A DNA stretch of 64,000 nt, taken from NCBI GenBank assembly GCA_963716725.1, contig CAVQUB010000011.1, positions 256,001 to 320,000 of the forward strand, in the 5' to 3' direction. This DNA comes from an uncultured delta proteobacterium. GTDB lineage: Bacteria > Myxococcota_A > Polyangia > Polyangiales > Polyangiaceae. The position numbers were made by a program, and so were the translations under genes. The notes below the pieces were generated by a model that was not told the origin of the DNA, did no database searches, and saw only the letters and a program-made list of their open reading frames with translations. Every line of letters starts with the position of its first letter. The first letter of the stretch is position 1. Shown here one piece after another: positions 27,762 to 35,843 of the stretch.

Positions 27762-28819
27762 ATGAGCACGCATTCCAAAGGCAGCTTCGAAGATCTGGAA
27801 GCGATCCTCCGCCACCTGGTCCTCCTCCGCGAGCTACGCGCCGACGCGATGCAGATCGAGTCCGACGTGCAGCGCGCCGGTCGGCTGTGGCCCGAGGTGG
27901 CCTCGGAGCCTGATGCGCTCGAGCGCCAGTGGCCGCCCGAGCTCGTGTCGGCCGCCGAGGAGCTCGGCATCCTGGTCGCGGAGCGGAGCGGAGCGGGAGC
28001 GGCCCCCCGGCAGCGCGCCTTGGCGCGAGCCCCAGCGCGCTCGCGGACGGGGACGCCGGAGCAGCGGCGCAGCGCCAGGCGGGCTATGAGGCCACCGACT
28101 ACGCGGCTCTGTTCGAAGGCGCGGGGCCGTTCCTGGTCACCGTCGCCCCCGGCCGCTTCGCCCTCCGACCGGCAGCGGAGGTCAGCGCAGTCGGCCACCT
28201 TCGTGTCAGGCAGGACCGCCTGTGTACCTTCGACCCCCTGGACTCGGCGCACCGCGACCGGACGGTGATGTCACTGGACCGCGACGTGCCGGCAGGCGAG
28301 CACCCCGTGCACGTGGCCCGCGTCGGCGGCGCTCTGGCGGCGGCCCTGGTGCTTTTTGGCGACGCTCCGGTCCACGCGTGGGCGCCCGTGCGATTCGACG
28401 CGGAGCAAAACCCAATGCCGATCCCGCCCGTCCTGCCGATGGCGCAGGTGCGGTACTCCCTGGGCCTGGGCGATGCGGCCACCATCGAGGAGCTGGTCGC
28501 GGACGCCACCCGGCCGTGGAGCCACGCGCAGGAGAACATTCTGCGCGCGGCGATGGGGGAGGAGCTGCTCGCGGCCGACGACGTCGCGCCCGACGCGGTG
28601 GTCGACGAGATCCCCGACCTGCTGGCTGCCCTGGTCGACGAACTGCGGGGGTCTCAGATCGCCGTGGTAGGCGGCGTGTTCGGGGCGCCGGTGGAGGGCC
28701 CCGCTCCGGCGAGCTGGGGGCTCGATGAGAGCGGCGCGGTGGCGGCCGTGGCTGCCATCCGGCCCGGCGCTGTTTCACTGGGGTTCCGACAAGAGGCGCT
28801 GGAGCGCGCCTCCCGGTGA
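27762..28819 (+). pseudogene. DUF4241-like protein split by a frameshift at a (GCGGA)3 tract
   Basis: The N-terminal frame from ATG 27762 and the C-terminal frame (RLCTFDP...VPAGEHPVHVA...AAALVLFGDAPVHAW) join if one 5-bp unit at 27978-27992 is removed. Confidence 0.55.
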
Positions 28820-29062
28820 GTGGACTCTCGTCCGGCTGCGCTACCCGGCCCCGAGCCGCGCTGGTGTGCTCTTGGAACGGCGGAGCTTGGCGCGGCGGCT
28901 CTGGCAGCAGCAGTCTGCGCCCGATTCGCCCTGGGATCTCGCCGGGCGCCCGAGATCCAGGGCACCGTGATCTACGAGCTCCACCACCCGAAGCTGTCGT
29001 TCTCGCAGGACCTGACCCGAGTCGAGGCGACTTGGTCGAGCCACACCGACACGTCGAGCTGA
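28820..29062 (+). CDS. Short hypothetical protein or gene fragment
   Basis: 80-aa ORF abutting the upstream stop; only the C-terminal half looks coding-like. Confidence 0.3.
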   Translation: MDSRPAALPGPEPRWCALGTAELGAAALAAAVCARFALGSRRAPEIQGTVIYELHHPKLSFSQDLTRVEATWSSHTDTSS

Positions 29063-29120
29063 GGCCGCGGCGTCGGTCTGGCGGCTCGTCGCCGCGGGGA
29101 TCGGCGCCCTCGCGGGGCAG

Positions 29121-29876
29121 CTACGGGTCCTTCAAGAAGGATCGGAGCACCGTCTTGGTCCCAACCTCCGGGAACATCACTTCGACCTTGTCACCTTCGA
29201 CGGTGCGCTCAATGGTCCCGAGTCCGAACTTGGGGTGGCGTACCATGACCTTCGGTCCGGGGGGCGGTGGGCGGTCATCGACGACTCTGACCAAGAAGTC
29301 GTCGGCAATTGGCCTGGTATCGGCCTGCGCCGCGGCGAGGGCCTCCAGCCAGTGGATTCCGTGGGTGGAGTAGCGGCGCGAGAGGCGTCGCTCCAGGAAG
29401 GCGGAGAGCATTTCCGGTGAAGTGGTCTCGGTGCTGTCTCGCGTGCGTACCGCGACATCCGTCGTCCGATCGTGAGTTCCTTCTGCAACGCAGAGCAGGG
29501 AGTCCACTCCCCAGAACGCTGGCGGAGCGTCGTCCTGCATCGAGTGCTCGCCGAACGACGCCACGGCGATCCACCCGCGAGGCGCCCCGAAGGATCCGGC
29601 GCAATCTCGCACCACATTCGCGATCTTTGCCACGCTCAATCCCGTGGCGCGCAACAAGGCGGGAATGCGAAGCACTGCCGTCGCCCAAATGTCATTCGGC
29701 AACGTGGCTCCGATCGCGGCCTCGGTGCTCTCGATGAACGCGACCCCTACTTCTCGCCCGGTCGGCTGAAACTCCTCGGCCTGCGCTGGCAGGTGTTCTC
29801 GTAGAGCGCGTAGCAGGTGCAGCGTCTCATGGAACGCCTTGCTCGTTGGAAGGACTCCGGTCTCGAGCTCGCCCAC
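29121..29876 (-). CDS. Hypothetical protein with C-terminal PcrA/UvrD Tudor-like domain
   Basis: C-terminal VRHPKFGLGTIERTVEGDKVEVMFPEVGTKTVL; start GTG 29876 is tentative. Confidence 0.55.
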   Translation of the reverse strand: MGELETGVLPTSKAFHETLHLLRALREHLPAQAEEFQPTGREVGVAFIESTEAAIGATLPNDIWATAVLRIPALLRATGLSVAKIANVVRDCAGSFGAPRGWIAVASFGEHSMQDDAPPAFWGVDSLLCVAEGTHDRTTDVAVRTRDSTETTSPEMLSAFLERRLSRRYSTHGIHWLEALAAAQADTRPIADDFLVRVVDDRPPPPGPKVMVRHPKFGLGTIERTVEGDKVEVMFPEVGTKTVLRSFLKDP

Positions 29877-29932
29877 GGGGTCAAGTGTGCCGTCGACTTG
29901 CCGATCATCGCAAGCGCCGCGCCCACTCTGGC

Positions 29933-30259
29933 TCAGGCTGCGGACCTCAGCACGAGAGCTCCCAGACAAGGACCAACGATGTCCTCGCAGCAGCGGCGCG
30001 CCAGGGCGCGCAGGGTCGGCGTGCTGGGCACGCCGAAACGCTCGAGCCTGCTGCTCGATTCGGCCTCGAGGCTTGGCAACTTGTAGATCAACCCGGCAAA
30101 GGCCTGCTGCAACGCTGGCAGCACCCCCGGGTCCCGGGCCACGCAAAACGCGAGGACTCGGCACGCCAGCTCGGCGTGGCGCAGTTCGTCAGCGGCGATC
30201 CGCCGCAGCATGCGGCGCAAGGCCCGCGTCTCCGCCACGTTCGCCAGGTGGTCTGCCAT
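29933..30259 (-). pseudogene. C-terminal fragment of a myxobacterial ferritin-like domain protein
   Basis: LRRIAADELRHAELA gives only the last ExxH helix; the N-terminal helices are missing. Confidence 0.6.
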
Positions 30260-30289
30260 TGGGGGGCAGGATGCACCCTAGGGGTGTCT

Positions 30290-31015
30290 TCACTTGCCCG
30301 GCGGCACGCAGGCGCCGGTGTTCGGGTGCTTCGTATACCCGTCCGTGCACACCCGGCACTTGCCCGAGTTGTCGTACGCAGTGCCCTTCGGACACGCGTC
30401 GAGGCATTTGTCGATGACCAGGACCTTGCCGGCGGGGCACGTCACCGGCGGCACGCAGGCGCCGGTCTTCGGGTGCTTCGTGTACCCGTCCGTGCACAGC
30501 GTGCACCTGCCCGTGTTGTCGTGCGCTGTGCCCTTCGGACACGCGTCGAAGCACTTGTCGATGATCAGAACCTTGCCGGCGGGGCACGTCACCGGCGGCA
30601 CGCAGGCGCCGGTCTTCGGGTGCTTCGTGTACCCGTCCGTGCACAGCGTGCACTTGCCCGTGTTGTCGTGCGCTGTGCCCTTCGGACACGCGTCGAAGCA
30701 CTTGCCGACGACCAGGACCTTGCCGGCGGGGCACGTCACCGGCGGCACGCAGGCGCCGGTCTTCGGGTGCTTCGTGTACCCGTCCGTGCACAGCGTGCAC
30801 TTGCCCGTGTTGTCGTGCGCTGTGCCCTTCGGACACGCGTCGAAGCACTTGCCGACGACCAGGACCTTGCCGGCGGGGCACGTCGGTGGCGCCACGCACT
30901 GGCCCTTCCCGTTGGGCACGGTCCCATCCGCACAAGGGGGTCCCGCGTACGCCACGAGCGCCACCAGGGAAGTCAGCACGGCGATGATCAGTAGGCGCAG
31001 AGGTCGTCGGTTCAA
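30290..31015 (-). CDS. Secreted Cys-rich repeat protein (furin-like repeats)
   Basis: Signal peptide; four 49-aa repeats with 6 Cys each (CPAGKVL..KCFDACPKGTAHDNTGKCTLCTDGYTKHPKTGACVPP). Confidence 0.85.
   Translation of the reverse strand: MNRRPLRLLIIAVLTSLVALVAYAGPPCADGTVPNGKGQCVAPPTCPAGKVLVVGKCFDACPKGTAHDNTGKCTLCTDGYTKHPKTGACVPPVTCPAGKVLVVGKCFDACPKGTAHDNTGKCTLCTDGYTKHPKTGACVPPVTCPAGKVLIIDKCFDACPKGTAHDNTGRCTLCTDGYTKHPKTGACVPPVTCPAGKVLVIDKCLDACPKGTAYDNSGKCRVCTDGYTKHPNTGACVPPGK
30293..30880. repeat. 4 x 147-bp near-identical tandem repeat
   Basis: Visible directly in the DNA; the units differ only by scattered substitutions. Confidence 0.95.
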
Positions 31016-31173
31016 GGTATCGCTCCCGGTAGAGTGGGTAAGACGGAGTCCCCGGCCAGGGCATGCAGCGGAGCGCCCGCGGACCGGAAGGTGGCGACTC
31101 TAGCTCAGCGCGGGGCGCCGTGTCAGGACTGAGCCGAGATCCGAAGCGGGATGCCGCCCTGATCGCGCTGCCT

Positions 31174-31779
31174 CTACGGCGATCGCTCGAGCTTGCTGCC
31201 CACCAAGAACACCTCGGAACTCACCGAGCGCGTCCCCGACGGACGGATGGTCTGCTCCTTCTGGTAGGCGGCCTTCAGCGCGGCACGCGCAGCCTGAAAA
31301 TCGCTGCTCATGAACAGCTTGCCGACGAACGCGCTGCCCGGCTTGCCGAGCGCGACGGCGACCTCGAGGGCACGCATGAACAGCTCGAAGGAGAGCGTCT
31401 GATCGCGTGCCTTGGTGCCGCTGGTGTTCGGCGCCATGTCGCTCAACACCACGTCGTAGGGAGCAAACTTCGCGAGATCTTCGTTCGCGAGATCGAGAGC
31501 GTCGCCGCGGATCACGCTGACGTTGTCGGGAAACACCTGGTCGATGGGCGAGAGGTCGACGGCCAGCACGCGCCCCCGGGGACCAACCTTCTGCGCCGCG
31601 TACAGCGTCCAGCTGCCGGGCGCCGAACCCAGGTCGAGCACGCTCTGTCCCGGGGCGAGCAGGCGCACTCGGCGGTCGATCTCTTCGAGTTTGAACACGC
31701 TGCGCGCGGGGTATCCCCTCGCCTTCGCCTCGAGGGTCCGCGCGTCGGGGCGCGCGTACGGGTTCCTGCGCCCTTTCAC
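31174..31779 (-). CDS. rlmE: 23S rRNA Um2552 methyltransferase RlmE (FtsJ/RrmJ)
   Basis: GTG 31779 overlaps the upstream stop (GTGA); GYPARSVFKLEEID, DLGSAPGSW, LSDMAPNTSG and SSEVF motifs. Confidence 0.92.
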   Translation of the reverse strand: MKGRRNPYARPDARTLEAKARGYPARSVFKLEEIDRRVRLLAPGQSVLDLGSAPGSWTLYAAQKVGPRGRVLAVDLSPIDQVFPDNVSVIRGDALDLANEDLAKFAPYDVVLSDMAPNTSGTKARDQTLSFELFMRALEVAVALGKPGSAFVGKLFMSSDFQAARAALKAAYQKEQTIRPSGTRSVSSEVFLVGSKLERSP

Positions 31780-32834
31780 GGCGTGGACCAGACGTAGCCC
31801 GTGATTCCCTCGTCCTTGTAACCGAGCGCGCTGACAGCGTTGTTCTTCTCGGCCAGGCTCGTCGTATAGAAGTGGCTGCTCGTGGGGTGACTGGTGCGAT
31901 ACAGGGGCACCGCACCGCAAACCGCGCTCGGGGCCAGGTAGCCCATGACGCCCTCGAGCGTGCTGCCCGCCGCGCCCTCGCAGCTCGCGCTCGGCGTGTA
32001 GAATCGCTTGCCGTTTGCCAGCAAGCAACGGTGAAAGGGCACGAGCCCGGCAGTCGACGCGACGTAGAGATAGTAGAAGTTCTGGTACTCGACGGTGAAC
32101 CCGCAGCAGCCGGCCTCGGTGAGGTTGGTCGTGTAGAAGTGCTGGCCCGCTTTGGACGAGCGGTGCACGCCGACGCGACAATTCGCAAAGTCGTCGCAGT
32201 TGTTGTCGCAGTTGTCGTCCTTGAGGTTGCAAGTCTCCGCAGGCGCCGTGGGGCAGGTGCACTGCGACTCGTTCTTGCACGTCGAGTAGTTCATGCAGGT
32301 CTTCGGTTGCGGCGCGCTGCACGTTCCCCAAACGCCCGCCGCGCAGGTCTGGCTGCCCGAGCCGCACGCAGTGCTGCACGACTGCGAGAGGCCGTCGTCC
32401 ACGGACCCGTTGCAGTCGTCGTCCTTGTTGTTGCACGTCTCGGGACCGCACTTGCCGCCGCTGCCGCCGCTGCCGCCGCCGCTGCCGCCGACGCCGCCGC
32501 TGCCGCCGCTGCCGCCGCTGCCGCCCATCGCGCCGCTGCCGCCGCTGCCGCCGCTGCCGCCCATCGCGCCGCTGCCGCCGCTGCCGCCGCTGCCGCCCGT
32601 CGCGCCGCTGCCACCGACACCGCCCGTCGCGCCGCTGCCGCCCGTCGCGCCGCCGCCGTCCGGCCAATCGCCGCCGTCCGGGTCGATGAACGTGCCGCCG
32701 GATCCGCCCTTGGCCCCTCCAGAACCCGACCCTCCCCCATTGCCGTCATCAGACGTCGTGGCGGAGCACGCGACGACCGAGCAGCCGACGAATCCGATCA
32801 CCGCGCTCAGCGCGCGGCCTACGTGCGCGACCAT
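31776..32834 (-). CDS. Lipoprotein: Gly-rich linker, two ExCNxxDDxC (MopE-like) Cys motifs, C-terminal DUF5648-like domain
   Basis: Lipobox VVAC; ETCNNKDDDCNGSVDD and ETCNLKDDNCD; repeated HFYT / VPLYR...GY motifs. Confidence 0.8.
   Translation of the reverse strand: MVAHVGRALSAVIGFVGCSVVACSATTSDDGNGGGSGSGGAKGGSGGTFIDPDGGDWPDGGGATGGSGATGGVGGSGATGGSGGSGGSGAMGGSGGSGGSGAMGGSGGSGGSGGVGGSGGGSGGSGGKCGPETCNNKDDDCNGSVDDGLSQSCSTACGSGSQTCAAGVWGTCSAPQPKTCMNYSTCKNESQCTCPTAPAETCNLKDDNCDNNCDDFANCRVGVHRSSKAGQHFYTTNLTEAGCCGFTVEYQNFYYLYVASTAGLVPFHRCLLANGKRFYTPSASCEGAAGSTLEGVMGYLAPSAVCGAVPLYRTSHPTSSHFYTTSLAEKNNAVSALGYKDEGITGYVWSTP
32455..32660. repeat. Low-complexity GCC/CTG repeat encoding the GGSGGSGA(M/T) linker
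   Basis: Imperfect 33-bp and 9-bp periodicity. Confidence 0.85.
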
Positions 32835-32862
32835 ATTTCGAAGCGTACCTCAGCGTCACCGG

Positions 32863-34500
32863 TCACGCGAGGGTGACCAGAACGCTCTTCATGGGCTCCG
32901 GGCCGTCCGGACCGTCAGGGCAATCGAGCGGCGTCGGCAGGTCCTTCATCTGGCGGACACGGACGCCGGCTGCTCGGCCTGCTTCGTGCAATGTGCGGCG
33001 CAGGCGCTCCCGACTCGTCTTCCGATGGTTGGTCACTGCCAGGAGGCGACCGCCGGGCGAGAGCAGCGCCAAGGCGTCCGCAGCCACGGCGCCGTAGTCG
33101 CGATCGATGTCGAAGGTCGCGCGCTTGCCGCGCGTGCCGAAGCTCGGGGGGTCCAAGATCACCAGCTCGTAGCGCTCGCCTCGGCGGCGCGCGCGCCGGA
33201 GCCACTGCACGCAGTCCTCCCGGTAGAAGCGATGCTGCGCAGGATCGAGCCCGTTCGCCTCGAAGGCCGCGCGGCCGCGGGCGAGGGCCGGCTCCGCGAG
33301 GTCGACGCTGACCACCTCGCGGGCCCCACTGCACGCCGCCGCGACGCTGAACGAGCAGGTGTAGGCGAACAGGTTCAGCGTGCGCGTGCCGCCGGCGAGG
33401 CGGCTCACCAGATTTCGGTTGTCACGCTGATCGACGAACAGCCCAGTCGAAGGGCCGTCCCCGAGCCTCACCGGGAACCGCAGGCCGCCTTCGGACACCA
33501 GCAGCTCGGGCGCTGCGGGTTCGCCAGCGATGGGCAGAGGGGGCGCGTTCTTGTCGCGGTCGATGCGGCGTTGATCGGCTCGCTCGCGCAGCTTGAAGTA
33601 GACGCCCCGGCTGCCACGCGAGAGCAGAGCCTCGGCGATCTCCTGCGCTCGCTCTGCTGCTTCGTCGCTGGAGACGGCGAGCACCGAGTAGTCTCCGTAG
33701 CGGTCGACGACCACTCCGGGCAGCTCGTCCCCCGCGCCGTTGATCAACCGGAATGCCGAAGCGACCTCGAAGAGCGGGGCCCGGAGGCAATGCGCATCCG
33801 CGACCCTGCGCACGAGCTCGCCCGGAGAAGGCAGGCCCGCGTCGCCACCATCGAGCCAACTCGACAGCGACTCCGGCACCGGACACTCGAAGCGCCGGCC
33901 GAGCGACGGCAGCTCGAGCGCCCGCGCGTGCAACATCAACCGAGGCGCGCGCGGCCCACCGTACAGGCGGTCGCCCGCAATCGGCGCGCGCACCGCGGCG
34001 AGCTGCGCGCGGAGCTGGTGAGTTCGCCCCGTCTCCGGCGAGAGCTCGACCAGCGCACGACCCTGGCGCCGCTCCATGACTCGATAGCGAGCGACGGCGT
34101 GCTGGCCGCCTCGGCTCACCACCCGCGTGATGCCGCCCTTTTCGTGGACCAGGCGATGCTCCAGCACACCCTCCCGAGCCAAGCCCGAGTCCGCGACCGC
34201 AGCCACGTAGGTGCGGCGTGCGCGGTGCCCTTCCATGTCGCCGGCAACTGCCGCGTTCAGCCCCTTGTTTCGCGTGAAGAGCAGGATCCCCGAGGCGTCT
34301 TTGTCGAGGCGCTGATGCACACCTAGATACGCCGGCTGGCCGCGAGCCTGGAGCCAGGCGCCGAGACGGCTAACCAGGTCATCGCCACGAGCCTCGTCGC
34401 CGCCGTGCACGACGATGCCGCGCGCTTTGTCGACGACCAGCAGGTCGTCGTCGAGCACGACCACACGATCGTCGAGCCAGGTGATCGCCGAAAGCGACAT
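32863..34500 (-). CDS. Fusion: RluA-family pseudouridine synthase + RlmI/RlmK-like SAM-dependent rRNA methyltransferase
   Basis: VDKARG, QRLDKDASG, TGRTHQLR, GDRLYG and LHA; then VDRYG, TGLFVDQR, LNLFAYT and ILDPPSF. Confidence 0.9.
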   Translation of the reverse strand: MSLSAITWLDDRVVVLDDDLLVVDKARGIVVHGGDEARGDDLVSRLGAWLQARGQPAYLGVHQRLDKDASGILLFTRNKGLNAAVAGDMEGHRARRTYVAAVADSGLAREGVLEHRLVHEKGGITRVVSRGGQHAVARYRVMERRQGRALVELSPETGRTHQLRAQLAAVRAPIAGDRLYGGPRAPRLMLHARALELPSLGRRFECPVPESLSSWLDGGDAGLPSPGELVRRVADAHCLRAPLFEVASAFRLINGAGDELPGVVVDRYGDYSVLAVSSDEAAERAQEIAEALLSRGSRGVYFKLRERADQRRIDRDKNAPPLPIAGEPAAPELLVSEGGLRFPVRLGDGPSTGLFVDQRDNRNLVSRLAGGTRTLNLFAYTCSFSVAAACSGAREVVSVDLAEPALARGRAAFEANGLDPAQHRFYREDCVQWLRRARRRGERYELVILDPPSFGTRGKRATFDIDRDYGAVAADALALLSPGGRLLAVTNHRKTSRERLRRTLHEAGRAAGVRVRQMKDLPTPLDCPDGPDGPEPMKSVLVTLA

Positions 34501-34527
34501 GCCGCTCTCGGTGGCACGCGACTCGCG

Positions 34528-35196
34528 TCAGCCCGACTTCTTGTTGCCGCCGTCGCGCTTGACGGCGCCACGCACGAAGACAAGGCAGTTCTTCGCGCCC
34601 GGGATGCCGCCTTCGACGAACAACAAGCTGTCGTCCGCAGCGACCTTCACCACGCGCTGGTTGTGCACGGTGACCTTCGCGTTGCCGTGCTGGCCCGGCA
34701 TGCCCACGCCTTTGAGCACGCGACCCGGAGTCATGTTCGTGCCGATGGATCCGCCGTGTCGCTTGTACTCGTGGGTACCGTGGGTCTGCACCTGGCCGGC
34801 GAAGTTGTGGCGACGCATCACGCCCGTGAAGCCACGACCGCGGCTCATGCCCTGCACGTCGACGAACTGGCCTTCCTGAAAGACGCTGTCGAGCTTGACC
34901 TCGGCACCGAGCTCGAGCCCCGCGGCGAACTCGGCCTCGCAGCGCAGCTCGCGAAGCCAGCGCTTCGGGCTCACGCTCGCCTTTTTGTACATGCCGGCTT
35001 GGGCCTTCGCGGTGTGCTTGTCTTTGCGCTCGGCCAAACCGAGCACCACCGCGTCGTAGCCGTCCTTCTCCTTCGTTCGCTTGCCAACGACGACGGGACG
35101 GGCCTCCACCACGGTGCACGGAATGACGGTGCCGTCGCTGGTGAAGACCTGGGTCATGCCGAGCTTGCGCCCGATGACACCCGGATGCGTGTTCAT
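34528..35196 (-). CDS. rplC: 50S ribosomal protein L3
   Basis: GRKLGMTQVF; DGYDAV; VDVQGMSRGRGFTGVMRRHNF; GSIG..TPGRV; GGIPG. Confidence 0.96.
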   Translation of the reverse strand: MNTHPGVIGRKLGMTQVFTSDGTVIPCTVVEARPVVVGKRTKEKDGYDAVVLGLAERKDKHTAKAQAGMYKKASVSPKRWLRELRCEAEFAAGLELGAEVKLDSVFQEGQFVDVQGMSRGRGFTGVMRRHNFAGQVQTHGTHEYKRHGGSIGTNMTPGRVLKGVGMPGQHGNAKVTVHNQRVVKVAADDSLLFVEGGIPGAKNCLVFVRGAVKRDGGNKKSG

Positions 35197-35309
35197 TGTC
35201 GGTCTCTCTTTCGTCGTCGCAGGGCGGGCCTGGGCCCGCAGAAAATAGGCTCGCCGAAGTAGTGTATTTCCGAGCCTCGCGCAAGCCGGGCGATGAAGTC
35301 CCTCAAGCA

Positions 35310-35337
35310 TTGACGGAGACCCAGGCGCGTGCATAAT
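35310..35337 (+). promoter_or_regulatory. sigma70-type promoter of rplS
   Basis: TTGACG-N16-CATAAT, about 30 nt upstream of ATG 35367. Confidence 0.65.
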
Positions 35338-35366
35338 CCCCGCCCCCAAGCCGGTCGGAGCCTGCC

Positions 35367-35726
35367 ATGTCGATGATTCATCCCAAGATCGAAGCCCACG
35401 AGAACAGCGCTCTCCGCTCGGATCTGCCGAATTTCCGCGTCGGTGACACCCTCGCCGTGCACTACAAGATCGTCGAGGGCGACAAGCTGCGCACGCAGGT
35501 CTTCAAGGGCACGGTGATCAAGCGCCACCGGGCCGGCGCCCGCAGCACTTTCACCGTGCGGAAGGTCAGCTTCAGCGTCGGGGTCGAGCGCGTCTTCGTG
35601 CTGAATTCACCTCGAATCGAGCGGATTGAGCTGGTCTCCCAAGGCGTCGTGCGCCGCGCGCGCCTGGGCTACCTGCGGAACCTCCAGGGCAAAGCCGCGC
35701 GCATCCGAGACGTCAAGGACGTCTGA
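35367..35726 (+). CDS. rplS: 50S ribosomal protein L19
   Basis: [36 protein letters not shown]. Confidence 0.96.
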   Translation: MSMIHPKIEAHENSALRSDLPNFRVGDTLAVHYKIVEGDKLRTQVFKGTVIKRHRAGARSTFTVRKVSFSVGVERVFVLNSPRIERIELVSQGVVRRARLGYLRNLQGKAARIRDVKDV

Positions 35727-35843
35727 CCCCTCCTGGGGTCGGAAACTATCCTGCTACTCCGCTGCGAGCGGACCGAGTATGCTCGGTGCCGCCCACGAAC
35801 GGCCGGGTTCCTACGGCATTCCCGGGTTTTGGAGGACGCCTCG

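Noticed and set aside
30293..30880. Regular repeats as a possible CRISPR array
   Set aside because: The units are contiguous 147-bp in-frame coding repeats with no unique spacers, and no cas genes are present
32455..32660. GCC-rich repeats read as poly-Ala or poly-Pro proteins
   Set aside because: They encode the Gly/Ser linker of the minus-strand lipoprotein, a common myxobacterial feature
34720..34760. L3 has Met at the position of E. coli Gln150 (the PrmB methylation site), suggesting a resistance variant
   Set aside because: This loop varies widely among bacteria, so no resistance can be inferred from sequence alone
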